From: Patescibacteria group bacterium | GTDB lineage: Bacteria > Patescibacteriota > Patescibacteriia > UBA9934 > GWF2-40-263 | Reading direction: 5' to 3' | Assembly (NCBI GenBank): GCA_038065075.1 | Contig: JBBTRQ010000008.1 | Span: forward strand, 11,960 to 75,959 | Length of the DNA: 64,000 bases | Shown here: positions 47,151 through 57,032 of the stretch, piece by piece | How the letters are laid out: every line of letters begins with the position of its first letter | Position numbering within the stretch: the first letter of the stretch is position 1 | Program-made: the position numbers and the translations under genes | The notes under the pieces: generated by a model | Seen by the model: only the letters and a program-made list of their open reading frames with translations | Databases searched by the model: none | What the model was told of the DNA's origin: nothing

Positions 47151-48227
47151 TTACTCAACGTCTGGTTCTGTTCCCGTCTCTGTTTCTACACTTTCCAGGG
47201 CATCTTCTACTTGAGGAGTGAGGATAGCTTTCTCGATGGCTGAGCGGATTTCTTTTTGAAGTTTGGGATCGGCTTTCAATGTGGCCTTGGCATTCTCTCG
47301 TCCAAGCCCGAGTTTTAGCTCGCCGTAGTAGTAGTTGCTCCCGCTCTTTTTGACGACCCCATAGGGGACACCAAGATCGAGTAGATCACCACAGATAGAA
47401 ATTCCTTCGTTGTACATGATGTCGAACTCGCAGGTGCGGAACGGGGGAGCCACTTTGTTTTTTACGATCTTTGCCTTGGTGCGGTTGCCGATGATCTGTT
47501 CGCCTTGTTTGATCTGCGCGGCGCGGCGGACTTCGATGCGCACGGATGCGTAGAATTTGAGCGCGTTGCCGCCTGGGGTTGTTTCAGGATTGCCGAACAC
47601 GACGCCGATCTTCATGCGGATCTGGTTGATGAACACGACGGTCGTTTTGGATTTACTCACGATCGCGGCGAGTTTGCGCAAAGCCTGGCTCATGAGGCGC
47701 GCTTGCAGACCCATGTGAGAGTCTCCCATGTCGCCTTCGATTTCCGCCTTTGGTGTGAGCGCCGCCACCGAATCGATGACGATCACGTCCACCGCATTGG
47801 AGCGCACCAGTGTTTCGACGATTTCCAGAGCCTGCTCTCCGTTGTCCGGTTGTGAGATGAAGAGCTCATCGATGTTCACGCCGATTTTTTGCGCGTACTC
47901 CGGATCAAGCGCGTGCTCAGCGTCGACGAACGCGGCGAGCCCTCCCAGCTTCTGCACCTCGGCGACGATGTGCTGAGCGAGGGTCGTCTTTCCCGACGAC
48001 TCAGGTCCGTAGATTTCGATGATGCGGCCGCGTGGAACTCCCATGACGCCCAAGGCGAGATCCAGCGAGAGACAGCCTGTTGAAACAGCCTCCACTTGCA
48101 TGGTCTTTGCTTCGCCCAGGCGCATGATTGAGCCTTCGCCAAAGCGTTGTTTAATTTGCGAAATGGCGTCTAGCGCCGCCCGAGATCGGGCATCCGTTTC
48201 AACCTCCTTGGTGATTTGTTTGGCCAT
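47151..48227 (-). CDS. recA: recombinase RecA
   Basis: [24 protein letters not shown] and GGNALKFY motifs. Confidence 0.98.
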   Translation of the reverse strand: MAKQITKEVETDARSRAALDAISQIKQRFGEGSIMRLGEAKTMQVEAVSTGCLSLDLALGVMGVPRGRIIEIYGPESSGKTTLAQHIVAEVQKLGGLAAFVDAEHALDPEYAQKIGVNIDELFISQPDNGEQALEIVETLVRSNAVDVIVIDSVAALTPKAEIEGDMGDSHMGLQARLMSQALRKLAAIVSKSKTTVVFINQIRMKIGVVFGNPETTPGGNALKFYASVRIEVRRAAQIKQGEQIIGNRTKAKIVKNKVAPPFRTCEFDIMYNEGISICGDLLDLGVPYGVVKKSGSNYYYGELKLGLGRENAKATLKADPKLQKEIRSAIEKAILTPQVEDALESVETETGTEPDVE

Positions 48228-48251
48228 AGTCATTGGTTAGTAGAGGGTAGC

Positions 48252-48668
48252 TTAACAGAGCTTTTTAGAAGCGGCTAGAAGCTGTTTGTCAAAGGTGAGG
48301 ATGGGAGCGCCAGTTACGATTGAGCGCGAAAGGAGAAGCCAGTCGGTGAGGGACATCTTTGGAATAAATTTCTGTTGAGTTGCCAACGTGATGGCGTCGT
48401 TCATCCAGGAAATGGGAGTATCAACAGGAAAGACGTTCTGGTCGATAAGGAAGGTTTCCATGAAGGATCGAATCGATGCTTGCTGGTCTCTATAGAGAAG
48501 GACGGTCAGGATTTCCTGGATGACATGGTCAAGGAGGACGAATGAACTTCCATTACGGTTTAAGTCCTCGACGAGATTTTTTGCTTTCGTGTGTAGAGAG
48601 TCCTCCTCATTGATGAATCCAATATAAATGTTTGCATCAATCAGGTACGGAGTCGCGGCCGATGCCAT
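48252..48668 (-). CDS. PIN-domain toxin
   Basis: YLIDAN...E...SLTD...LTFD. Confidence 0.87.
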   Translation of the reverse strand: MASAATPYLIDANIYIGFINEEDSLHTKAKNLVEDLNRNGSSFVLLDHVIQEILTVLLYRDQQASIRSFMETFLIDQNVFPVDTPISWMNDAITLATQQKFIPKMSLTDWLLLSRSIVTGAPILTFDKQLLAASKKLC

Positions 48669-48921
48669 ACGCGATTTCGTCAATTTTTTGAGTTAAGTCT
48701 GGACCTCCAGAAAATTGGTGCTTCGCCGCTTCCTCCCAGAAGATCCCGGGGTATCCCTGTTTCAGTTCTTGTTTCTGTGCCGACCATGGCGTGAACACGC
48801 CTATGGGTTTGCCATGTTTCATAATGACATACTGTTTAAATGCCTTTCCTGTAACGAGCGTCGCGAAGTTGCGGAGGAAGTCGCGCACCGAAATAGGTTC
48901 GGTTCTAATTTTAGAAGCCAT
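48637..48921 (-). CDS. Phd/YefM-like antitoxin
   Basis: ISVRDFLRNF...IMKHGKP and DLTQKIDEIAYG; overlaps the PIN gene. Confidence 0.75.
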   Translation of the reverse strand: MASKIRTEPISVRDFLRNFATLVTGKAFKQYVIMKHGKPIGVFTPWSAQKQELKQGYPGIFWEEAAKHQFSGGPDLTQKIDEIAYGIGRDSVPD

Positions 48922-49084
48922 AGAAAGAGGGGATCATGACTTACCTTTCTATCAAACCAGATTGTCAGATTTTTGTCAAACAATTGTCAGACACTGAGCT
49001 TGTGGTTCGACGGTGCTCACCACGATGAGCCTGTCGAATCGTCGAAGTGAGGATAAGAAAATCGACCCAAGCAAGGGTCGAGGG

Positions 49085-49688
49085 TCACCGGAGTTCTTTG
49101 GGGAGCGTTGAGCCAACGCTCATGAGTTGGTTCTTGCTCAACTGTACGACCTGCCACTGCCCGTGGGTGACGCGGTAGGGGATGTCCAGCGCCTGTAAGA
49201 GCACATGCATGGCACCTGCGTGGCTCACCACCGCTACCATGGGCGTGGTTCCCTCCTTGCGCGTACCGGCGGAAGATGTCCTTCATGGCTTCCAGCATGC
49301 GATAGCGCACTAGTGCGCGCGATTCCCCACCAACGTCTGTGCAGTCGAAGCCAGGGTCGCGTGTGTCGTGATGCAGTTGAGGATAGCGTGTGCGAACTGT
49401 CCCTTTGCGTAGCCCCTCTAGCGCCCCCATATGGAACTCCCGCAGGCGGGAGTCCGTACGCAGGCTTGTCCTCTGGTCATGCGCGATGGGGTTGGCCGTG
49501 TGCACGGCGCGGATAAGGTCCGAGCTCCACACGGCCGTAAGTGACAGCTCGCGTGCGCGGGCAACCAGTGCGTGGACGTATCCTCGGCTTTCAGCGGAGA
49601 GCGGGATATCCAAGTGCCCTTGCAGGCGTCCTTGCGTGTTCCAGTCCGTGGGCAAGTGTCGAAACAGTGCCAGGCGGATGCGCTTCAT
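49085..49688 (-). pseudogene. histidine phosphatase family protein with a frameshift near 49245-49255
   Basis: FRH..TDWN, SSDL.RA, LRE..G and GGES motifs in one frame; VVSHAG motif and stop (49085) in the +1 frame; GGAGG SD. Confidence 0.75.
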
Positions 49689-49794
49689 GGTTCCTCCAGT
49701 CTCGTCTGGCGCAACCGTAACGGATGGGTACGTAACGGTCAAGACGCGCGTCACGCTTGCCCTGCGTTCGCGCCGGGGCGTAGCATGGTGGCAT

Positions 49795-50757
49795 ATGGGC
49801 AACACCAGACGTCGCCTTCAATCATTATTTCCCGCTTCGGGACTTGTCGTATTCACTGCCTGCGCGGGGATGCCACCGGGAACCTCGCCGCTCACCGATC
49901 AAGAGCGAGAAGAGGTGGATGCGGTCATTGATGAGTTGGAGGTGGAGATGCCCATGGTAGAGGGGCTGTTGGGCACTGCTGATCCGCTTTTTAATCTTGA
50001 AGGGCAGCCGACCGCCGATAATCATCTTCTTATTGTGGGCGTGGGCGAGGTATTGTTGGATATCGAAGGGATGGTTGAGGCTGACCGTGTCGTCGTGCGC
50101 CAGTTTGAGGAACAACCTCAGGGCATCGAGGCTGTTGCGCGCGGTTCGCGCACGCAGAGCACGCAGGCCGATGACTACATCATCCTCACCCTTTCGTCCG
50201 AGGGCGAACTGGTGCTCACCCCAAGCCTTCTCATGCATGAGGGGACACACTATTTTTTCGGTGCGCACGACTCGACATTTCTAGACTCACACGACCCATC
50301 TATGTCTACGCAAGAGAGCCTCGTCCTTGCCCTGGAGTATCGTGACGCGCCCTACACAGTGGCGCATCTCTACAATGTGGCTGAGACGGCCTATGACGTG
50401 GGCGCGCGGCTTGAGGAGGAAACGCGCGAACTCGCGCAGATGGAGACGTTCACGGGGAGTGACACCGCGGCGTTGCACAACCGTCAACAACGATTTGATT
50501 ACCTGAGTGGATTTTTGCGGTTGGGCCAGGAGGGATGGGCGCAACAGCTTGCTCAAATCCTTTGGTCATCCCAAGCCTCGACGCTGGAGCGGTTTGGAGT
50601 CACGCAGGAGGAGCTTGAAACAACGCTGCGCGCGTCGGATGGATTGTATGAATCCCATCGTGAGGCTGCGCATGAGGCGCTGGAGTTTTGGCAAGAGACA
50701 TTTCCGGAGTTCAGCGAGGAGGCCGGGCGAGAGCGGCGCAGGGAGTTTGGGCGATGA
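49795..50757 (+). CDS. putative lipoprotein with HExxH zinc-metalloprotease motif
   Basis: Lipobox-like VFTAC; LMHEGTH. Confidence 0.6.
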   Translation: MGNTRRRLQSLFPASGLVVFTACAGMPPGTSPLTDQEREEVDAVIDELEVEMPMVEGLLGTADPLFNLEGQPTADNHLLIVGVGEVLLDIEGMVEADRVVVRQFEEQPQGIEAVARGSRTQSTQADDYIILTLSSEGELVLTPSLLMHEGTHYFFGAHDSTFLDSHDPSMSTQESLVLALEYRDAPYTVAHLYNVAETAYDVGARLEEETRELAQMETFTGSDTAALHNRQQRFDYLSGFLRLGQEGWAQQLAQILWSSQASTLERFGVTQEELETTLRASDGLYESHREAAHEALEFWQETFPEFSEEAGRERRREFGR

Positions 50758-50804
50758 AAAAAGACCCCAGAGGGTCTTCAGGCGAGTAGGGCGATGACGA
50801 AATC

Positions 50805-51110
50805 TCATCGCATGAGGGGGGTGTCCATCTGCTGGCGTCTGGCTTCCAGCTCTGGCGTGTCCAGCGACGCGATGAACCGCTGTCCATCGTCCCGCCAGCG
50901 CGTGAGCGTGGCAAGGCGCGAGTCTCGCCACAGCTTGAGCAGGCGCGTGAGCGTTTCGCGATCGCGGCCATCCTTGCGGTTGTGCAGGATGAACTGCCAG
51001 AGGATCTCCTGTCCGCACACACACCGGCTCTCGCCGCGGCGCAACTCGTGGTAGTCCCAGGCCTTGGGATCCGGCGCCATCGCCTGCGCGATGCGCACCA
51101 CGTGGTGCAC
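50805..51110 (-). CDS. small GC-rich hypothetical protein (CxCG motif), possibly truncated
   Basis: CVCGQEILWQFILHN; start uncertain. Confidence 0.45.
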   Translation of the reverse strand: MHHVVRIAQAMAPDPKAWDYHELRRGESRCVCGQEILWQFILHNRKDGRDRETLTRLLKLWRDSRLATLTRWRDDGQRFIASLDTPELEARRQQMDTPLMR

Positions 51111-51165
51111 TGACGGGTTGACTATTCAGAGGTCTCTCAAAGAAAAAGAGACCCGAGGAGGGGTC

Positions 51166-51708
51166 TCAAGCGAGAAAGGCGAGCGCGGTGCCGACGATGA
51201 ACGGCAGGCACAGCGCGGCCAGGAGCGGCCATGGCGTCTTGGCGCTGGCCTGGCGGCCGAGCTTGCGCGTGCCCAGCGTCACGTAGACGACCAGCGTGCC
51301 GGCGATGGCACCTGAGGTGAGGAGGGCCATGCGTGAGGCGGCGATGAGGAGGATGAACTCCGCCGTGCAGAGCAGCAGAACCATGAAGCCTGCACACCGG
51401 CGAACCACCAGTGTACGACCAGGTGGGGATGCAGAAAGTGCGACCATCATTCCTCCGAGCGCCAGGATGGCGTGCGGGAAGATGAGTGTCGTTGGCCTCA
51501 TCTGCATCACGCACACGTCCGCCATTCCCACCCCCATCCCGCAGACGAGCAGGAGCTCGAGGAGCTTCCCATCGAGCACTCGCTCCCCCAGTACCTCGAT
51601 GACGGTGTGGTGGTAGGGGAGGTGGTTCGGGGCGAGGAGGTAGACGAGCCCCACCAATGCCAGGACGGCCAGCGGGACGGCGATGAGGATCTGGGCGGCG
51701 AAGAGCAT
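51166..51708 (-). CDS. GC-rich orphan multi-TM protein
   Basis: GGGAG SD; about 6 hydrophobic segments. Confidence 0.7.
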   Translation of the reverse strand: MLFAAQILIAVPLAVLALVGLVYLLAPNHLPYHHTVIEVLGERVLDGKLLELLLVCGMGVGMADVCVMQMRPTTLIFPHAILALGGMMVALSASPPGRTLVVRRCAGFMVLLLCTAEFILLIAASRMALLTSGAIAGTLVVYVTLGTRKLGRQASAKTPWPLLAALCLPFIVGTALAFLA

Positions 51709-51844
51709 GGAACTTCTCCCTGGGGTGGATTCCCATCAGGCCTCGAAGATGCCCTCGAGGTCTCGTGGAAAGGCCGGTGCGAGGTTTGCGTTCCCCGCAT
51801 CGGCGAGATGTGTTCTCCTGCGGCGAGGAGTGTTGCCGGCTGGA

Positions 51845-52399
51845 TTACTCGCGGTAGACGTGCTCGATCAAGCTCGCCGCACGCAGCGAGATCTTGCCGG
51901 CCTGCACGAGCTCGTCGACGTGCCAGCCTTGCGCGTCGCGGGCGCACCAGTTTGCGTCCCAGCGCTTGCGCCAGCCGTCGAAGTCGATTCCCGGCTTGGG
52001 GATCACGTGGGTGATCGGCAGTGGGTGCTCCATGAGCCAGAGCGAGGCCGAGGCCTCGCTGCAGTGCACGCCCCACCGTACTGCGGGGCGCTTTGAGAGC
52101 CAGAGAGCCTCCGCGTGCTGAAGCGCGGTTGGACAGTCGTTGGCCAACCATTCGTACCGGCCGTCCTTGAACTCGACCTTGATCGGACTTCTTCCCGTCC
52201 GAACAATGGACAGGGACTCGGTCGAGATCCTGGCCGCGATGCGGCTCAAAGTCACGGCTCCCTCCATGCTGGCCGGCCTCACTGGCACGTCCGCCAGCAG
52301 GCGGTGGCGCCCCAGCGTGAAGCTGCCGGTGCCGTCGCCCCTGTACACCAGCGCCATTCTCTCGATTTCGCTGCCCATCCAGATCTCGCTTGGTGGCAT
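51845..52399 (-). CDS. GC-rich orphan protein
   Basis: TAAGGAG SD; promoter TTGACC-17-TATTTT at 52484-52456. Confidence 0.72.
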   Translation of the reverse strand: MPPSEIWMGSEIERMALVYRGDGTGSFTLGRHRLLADVPVRPASMEGAVTLSRIAARISTESLSIVRTGRSPIKVEFKDGRYEWLANDCPTALQHAEALWLSKRPAVRWGVHCSEASASLWLMEHPLPITHVIPKPGIDFDGWRKRWDANWCARDAQGWHVDELVQAGKISLRAASLIEHVYRE

Positions 52400-52501
52400 C
52401 GGAGTCTCCTTATCTTGTTGATTCCCGGAGCGTTTTCACCGTTCCAAGACGAAAAAAAATACCACGAAAGTGGTATTTGGTCAAGTCTTTATTAGATGAA
52501 T

Positions 52502-53191
52502 TCACTCCAATCGGCTCAATATTCGATCCTCTCCCAGTACGACCCGTCGGTATTCGGTCGTCGATTTGGAGTAGCGTTTTTGAGACTCGATGGCGATCAC
52601 GTTGAGGCCTCGCTCCAGCGCCACGTCCACCTCAAATGTTCCATCTTGCGAGAGGAGTACATCCATCCCGTTCACTTGCACCTGGCTTCCTGTCTGTGCC
52701 TGGCCTGTGACGGTGATGAGAGCCTCCTGCGTTTGAATACCATCTGCCGGGGCAAAGACAAGAAGCTCCGGTGGCGAAAGAATGGCGCGCACTTGAAGTC
52801 CGAGGTATCCAACAATCATGAGTCCGATGAGGCTGAGTGAAAAAACTTTCACCAGCCGGCTGGCGACGAGAAATTGGAACGCTCTGGCACGCGCGCGAGG
52901 GAGCCGCGCGTTTTTTGTGAAGTCGCAGGTTCCGCACTCGCTCTCGAATTGTTCCACGAAGTAGCCCGTGTCGCCCCCTAAAGCTCGGACGTACACCTTC
53001 AGATAGTTACGCGCATAGATGGGGTCGGGGAGTTTGGCATAGTTCCCCATCTCGAAGGCCTGGAGAAAAGACTTTTGGATTTTTGTTTTGGCCGCCATTT
53101 CCGACAACGTTAACCCAGCGGATTTCCGAATCGCCTTGAGCTTTTCCCCCAAGGACTCGCTGTAGTCGAATTTTCGGATGACAAATGCCAT
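52502..53191 (-). CDS. RodZ-like HTH membrane protein with C-terminal Ig-like domain
   Basis: LGEKLKAIR...TKI...E.G.Y..LP...Y...Y...LG motif, then a TM helix; follows ftsK. Confidence 0.85.
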   Translation of the reverse strand: MAFVIRKFDYSESLGEKLKAIRKSAGLTLSEMAAKTKIQKSFLQAFEMGNYAKLPDPIYARNYLKVYVRALGGDTGYFVEQFESECGTCDFTKNARLPRARARAFQFLVASRLVKVFSLSLIGLMIVGYLGLQVRAILSPPELLVFAPADGIQTQEALITVTGQAQTGSQVQVNGMDVLLSQDGTFEVDVALERGLNVIAIESQKRYSKSTTEYRRVVLGEDRILSRLE

Positions 53192-53205
53192 AGGGTGGCT
53201 CCATC

Positions 53206-55572
53206 TTATGTTTTGTCCTTGTCTTCTTCAAGCCAGCCGTCATCGACGCTCTCTTCCCAATCAACCGGCTCGTCGTGTGTTTCTGCAGACTCGCCCAGGC
53301 TCTGGCGGGCAGGAAAGCCTGGGGCTACCTCAGTATCTTCTACAGATTCTTCCTCCTCCTTCATATCTCGAGCATACGCTTCATCGTAATCGTTCTGTGC
53401 GGTTGGGGTGCCTTCAGTCATGTTTCGCTCTGGTGGCCAAGAGTCGACCAAGATCTCGCGCGGCTTGGCTCCTGATCCTGGCCCCACGACGCCGACTTCC
53501 TCCATCATGTCGATGATACGCGCGGCACGAGCGTAACCCAGTCTCAACCTGCGTTGGAGAAACGAGGTCGAGGCTTTGCCGGACTCGAGTACCACCTGGA
53601 TTGCCTCCTCAAGCATGTCATCCCCATCGCCAGACGCGCTATCAAACACCGTGCCGGCCTTCGTGATTTCCGTTACCGCCATGTTGTAATCGGGTTCACC
53701 GCGACGGCGTAGATATCGAACCACTTCTTCTATTTCGTCCGTGGAGATGAACGCCCCTTGTAACCGTTTTGGTTTGGCAACTTCGGCGGAGGTGAAGAGC
53801 ATGTCTCCACGGCCCAGAAGTTTTTCGGCCCCCGATTGGTCGAGGATGGTACGAGAGTCTGTTTGTGACGCGACCGCAAACGCGATGCGTCCAGGAACGT
53901 TGGCCTTGATAAGACCCGTGATCACGTCCACGCTGGGTCGCTGGGTCGCGAGTACAAGATGAATACCCACGGCGCGTGCCATCTGAGCGATACGCACAAT
54001 ACTCGCTTCCACTTCACGTCCACTGGCGCTCATGAGATCGGCGAGCTCGTCGATAATGATTACAATGCGCGGCATGCGCTCCTGGGATTTTTCGTTGTAC
54101 CCCTCGATGTTTCTGGCGCCAACTTTCGAAAGCAGATCAAGCCGTCGTTCCATTTCTCGAACCGTCCACTTGAGGGCGTTCACGGTGTCGTCCACGCTCA
54201 CAATCGGCGGCACTAAGAGGTGCGGGATGCCGTTGTAGGCGGTGAGTTCCACGCGTTTGGGATCCACCAAGATGAGTTTCAAATCGTCCGGTCCGTTTTG
54301 GTAGAGCCATGAGACGATCATGGTGTTGAGACAAACGGATTTTCCAGAGCCTGTTGCGCCGGCCACCAAGAGGTGGGGCATTTTCTCAAGCGCGATCGAG
54401 TAGCAGGAACCGGAAACGTCTTTTCCAAGCGGGATGGCGAGCGAGGACTTGCCGATGGCCGTTTGGAACTCCGGTGTTTCGATGACGTCGCGCAGAGTGA
54501 CGGTCGCGACCTTGTGGTTTGGCACCTCAATGCCCACGAGTGATTGGCCTGGGATAGGAGCCTCCATACGCAGAGGGTGCGCGGCGAGGGCAAGGGCAAG
54601 ATCATTTTGCAAACTTACGATGCGGGAGAGCTTCACCCCTTGGGAAGGTCGCAGAGTGAACTGCGTGACTGTTGGCCCCACGGAGGTCTTGCCCATCTCA
54701 ACGTTGATGCCAAATTCCTCGAATGTCTTTTCGATGATTTCTTTGTTGCGTTCGATGTCTCCTGATTGAGCCTTTGAGTTGGAGCGCGCGAGGAGCTTGA
54801 GGGGAATGGCGATCTCGCGACGCTCATGGGAGATGAGCGCGACCTCTTCGCGCACAGGTGTTGCAACGGGTTTGGATTTGAATGCAGGTTCTTCTTCGTG
54901 AGCCTCAGACGGGTCCAATTCGACCAATAGGTCGGATGTTTGATCCAGTTCTTCCTCAATCTCATCCACTTCATCTCCCTCGCCCCCCTCATCTACCTCA
55001 CGGTGCAACCACGCCCCGAACCATCCCGTGAGATGCGAGTGAGCTCCCGTGAGAGATCGCAATGACGTATTAAATGTCAGCAGAACTGAAACCAACAGAA
55101 GCGCGGCCGTGCTGACGACAGATCCCCAATACCCTAAGAAGGCGGAGAGGAGCGTCGCTAAGAATTGCCCGAGGTAGCCGCCCGCAAGGGTCAGATCCGT
55201 GGTGAACGGCTCCGGCCGGTTGACGATAAAGAGGTTCAGGAGGGCGTTAAATGAGAGAAAGAAAAACAGGAGGCCAAGATAATTCCATGTGGAGAGACGC
55301 CCGCGATCGGGATAGGCGAGGGTCGCGCCAAGGATGATGAGGACGATGGGGACGAGGTAGCGATCCAGGCCAAAAAAAGACGAGAGAGCAGAATTGATCC
55401 AAATGCCCACGGACCCGGCGATGTGAAAATAGGAAAGGAAGATCAACGCCGCGGCGGCAAAGAAGAAAATCACATAAATACCGCGCTTGGCCTCAGGATT
55501 GAGGGAGAGGCTTTTGTACGATTCCGATCTTGGGTTCGGTTTCGAAGAAGAACGCTTCTTTTTTCGTGCCAT
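53206..55572 (-). CDS. ftsK: DNA translocase FtsK/SpoIIIE
   Basis: PHLLVAGATGSGKS, IDELAD, ATQRPS and LQRRLRLGYARAAR gamma-domain motifs. Confidence 0.97.
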   Translation of the reverse strand: MARKKKRSSSKPNPRSESYKSLSLNPEAKRGIYVIFFFAAAALIFLSYFHIAGSVGIWINSALSSFFGLDRYLVPIVLIILGATLAYPDRGRLSTWNYLGLLFFFLSFNALLNLFIVNRPEPFTTDLTLAGGYLGQFLATLLSAFLGYWGSVVSTAALLLVSVLLTFNTSLRSLTGAHSHLTGWFGAWLHREVDEGGEGDEVDEIEEELDQTSDLLVELDPSEAHEEEPAFKSKPVATPVREEVALISHERREIAIPLKLLARSNSKAQSGDIERNKEIIEKTFEEFGINVEMGKTSVGPTVTQFTLRPSQGVKLSRIVSLQNDLALALAAHPLRMEAPIPGQSLVGIEVPNHKVATVTLRDVIETPEFQTAIGKSSLAIPLGKDVSGSCYSIALEKMPHLLVAGATGSGKSVCLNTMIVSWLYQNGPDDLKLILVDPKRVELTAYNGIPHLLVPPIVSVDDTVNALKWTVREMERRLDLLSKVGARNIEGYNEKSQERMPRIVIIIDELADLMSASGREVEASIVRIAQMARAVGIHLVLATQRPSVDVITGLIKANVPGRIAFAVASQTDSRTILDQSGAEKLLGRGDMLFTSAEVAKPKRLQGAFISTDEIEEVVRYLRRRGEPDYNMAVTEITKAGTVFDSASGDGDDMLEEAIQVVLESGKASTSFLQRRLRLGYARAARIIDMMEEVGVVGPGSGAKPREILVDSWPPERNMTEGTPTAQNDYDEAYARDMKEEEESVEDTEVAPGFPARQSLGESAETHDEPVDWEESVDDGWLEEDKDKT

Positions 55573-55594
55573 AGTTGTGAGCATTTTATCACAA

Positions 55595-55623
55595 TTGACA
55601 GAAAGGCTCATTTCTGGTAATTT
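55595..55623 (+). promoter_or_regulatory. sigma70-type promoter
   Basis: TTGACA-17-TAATTT. Confidence 0.7.
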
Positions 55624-55670
55624 TTGCGGTCGTTTCTGACGACACCAACCTTTTCCTGGAGGAAGGCGAC

Positions 55671-57032
55671 ATGCAGAAGCAAACGCCTCTGATGGCTAAC
55701 TGCTCGCAGTGCTCGCGGTCCTTTCCGATCCGCGCGCAGATGCAGGTCAGCGGCGTGTCGCTTCCCATGCTCGTCGTCCTCCCCCAGGTCGACAGCGTGG
55801 AAGCGGCACTCGAACAGGCCACCTGTCAGGTGTGCCTGAACAAGACCGGCCCGGCCGACCGCGGGCTCCACCAGGTTCTCAAGAACCTCGGCCTCAAGGA
55901 CGAAGACGAAGCGCCGGCTCTCCGCGAAGCGGCCGTCACCGTCCGTCCGGCTCTCGAGGTGCCGGCAAGGACCGGCTCGGCCGTGGTCATCTCCACGCGT
56001 CCACGCGAGGTCACGGTCGTTGACCCCCTCATGGGGACGTCGATCGAGAGGCCACGCCTCGCGCTCCCCGCCCGTGATCGCGGCCCGCGCCGTGATGACC
56101 GGCGCTCGCCACCCAGCGAGTCGCGTCTCCCGCGCTCCCTGCACCAGCCCGATCGCCACAAGCCCCTGCCCAAGGTCGAGCACCTCACCGGCGCGATCGG
56201 GCAGACCGCCGCCAACGCCGCCGTGCTCGAGGTCGCCATGAAGGCGGCCAAAGTGCGCGACGAGGCCAAGCGGCTCGAGCGTGAGGAGAAGTTCAACAAG
56301 CTCCTCTTCTGGCTCAAGCTCTCGCTCGCTCGCATCCGCAAGAACGCGGCGACGACCGAGGTCTGGAATTTCGTCGAGACCTTCAAGCGCAAGCTCAGCG
56401 AGGCGGCCAGCCTCGACTCGAACCAGCGCGGCAAGAAGGGTCTCCTCGCGGAGCTCGGAACCAGCGTGGAGGGACTCGAGGCGCTCTGCCACGAGTTCTA
56501 CTCCGGCAAGGAACCGCTCCAGCCCCGGCGACCGATCGAGGTCGTCACGCTCGACGCGTTCGAGGGAGGCCGTCGTCCCGAGACGTGGGACAAGAAGGGT
56601 GGGCGCAAGCCCGCCTTCTACCAGCTCAAGGTCGTTCGGACCAAGAACTCTCTCCCCGTCCCCAACCCGCCACTCCCCAACGGCGACGAAGACCAGCGCC
56701 CGCGGATCGTCTACCCCGAAGGGCAGGAGTTCGGCTCCGACTACACGGTCGAACACAGCCAGTGTCTCGCTGGCGTCGAAGGTCAGATCGACCAGATCTT
56801 CGACGAGGTCGCCGGCCTGTACATGCGATGGCTTGCCATCGTTCATGACAGGATCGGCATCGGGGTCGAGCTCGCCAAGTTCGACCTCTCCGCCCGTCTC
56901 CCCGCCTTCTTCCATGACCTCAAGCAGGTTCTCGCGGAGGAGGCGGCAGAGCTGGCGGCAGAGGAAGCCGCCGCCCCGACCACCGAGCCGACCACCATCA
57001 CCACCTCGCCGGAACTCCCGGCCACGACGTAA
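55671..57032 (+). CDS. GC-rich orphan with N-terminal CxxC...CxxC zinc ribbon
   Basis: GGAGG SD; CSQC...CQVC; high GC3. Confidence 0.78.
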   Translation: MQKQTPLMANCSQCSRSFPIRAQMQVSGVSLPMLVVLPQVDSVEAALEQATCQVCLNKTGPADRGLHQVLKNLGLKDEDEAPALREAAVTVRPALEVPARTGSAVVISTRPREVTVVDPLMGTSIERPRLALPARDRGPRRDDRRSPPSESRLPRSLHQPDRHKPLPKVEHLTGAIGQTAANAAVLEVAMKAAKVRDEAKRLEREEKFNKLLFWLKLSLARIRKNAATTEVWNFVETFKRKLSEAASLDSNQRGKKGLLAELGTSVEGLEALCHEFYSGKEPLQPRRPIEVVTLDAFEGGRRPETWDKKGGRKPAFYQLKVVRTKNSLPVPNPPLPNGDEDQRPRIVYPEGQEFGSDYTVEHSQCLAGVEGQIDQIFDEVAGLYMRWLAIVHDRIGIGVELAKFDLSARLPAFFHDLKQVLAEEAAELAAEEAAAPTTEPTTITTSPELPATT

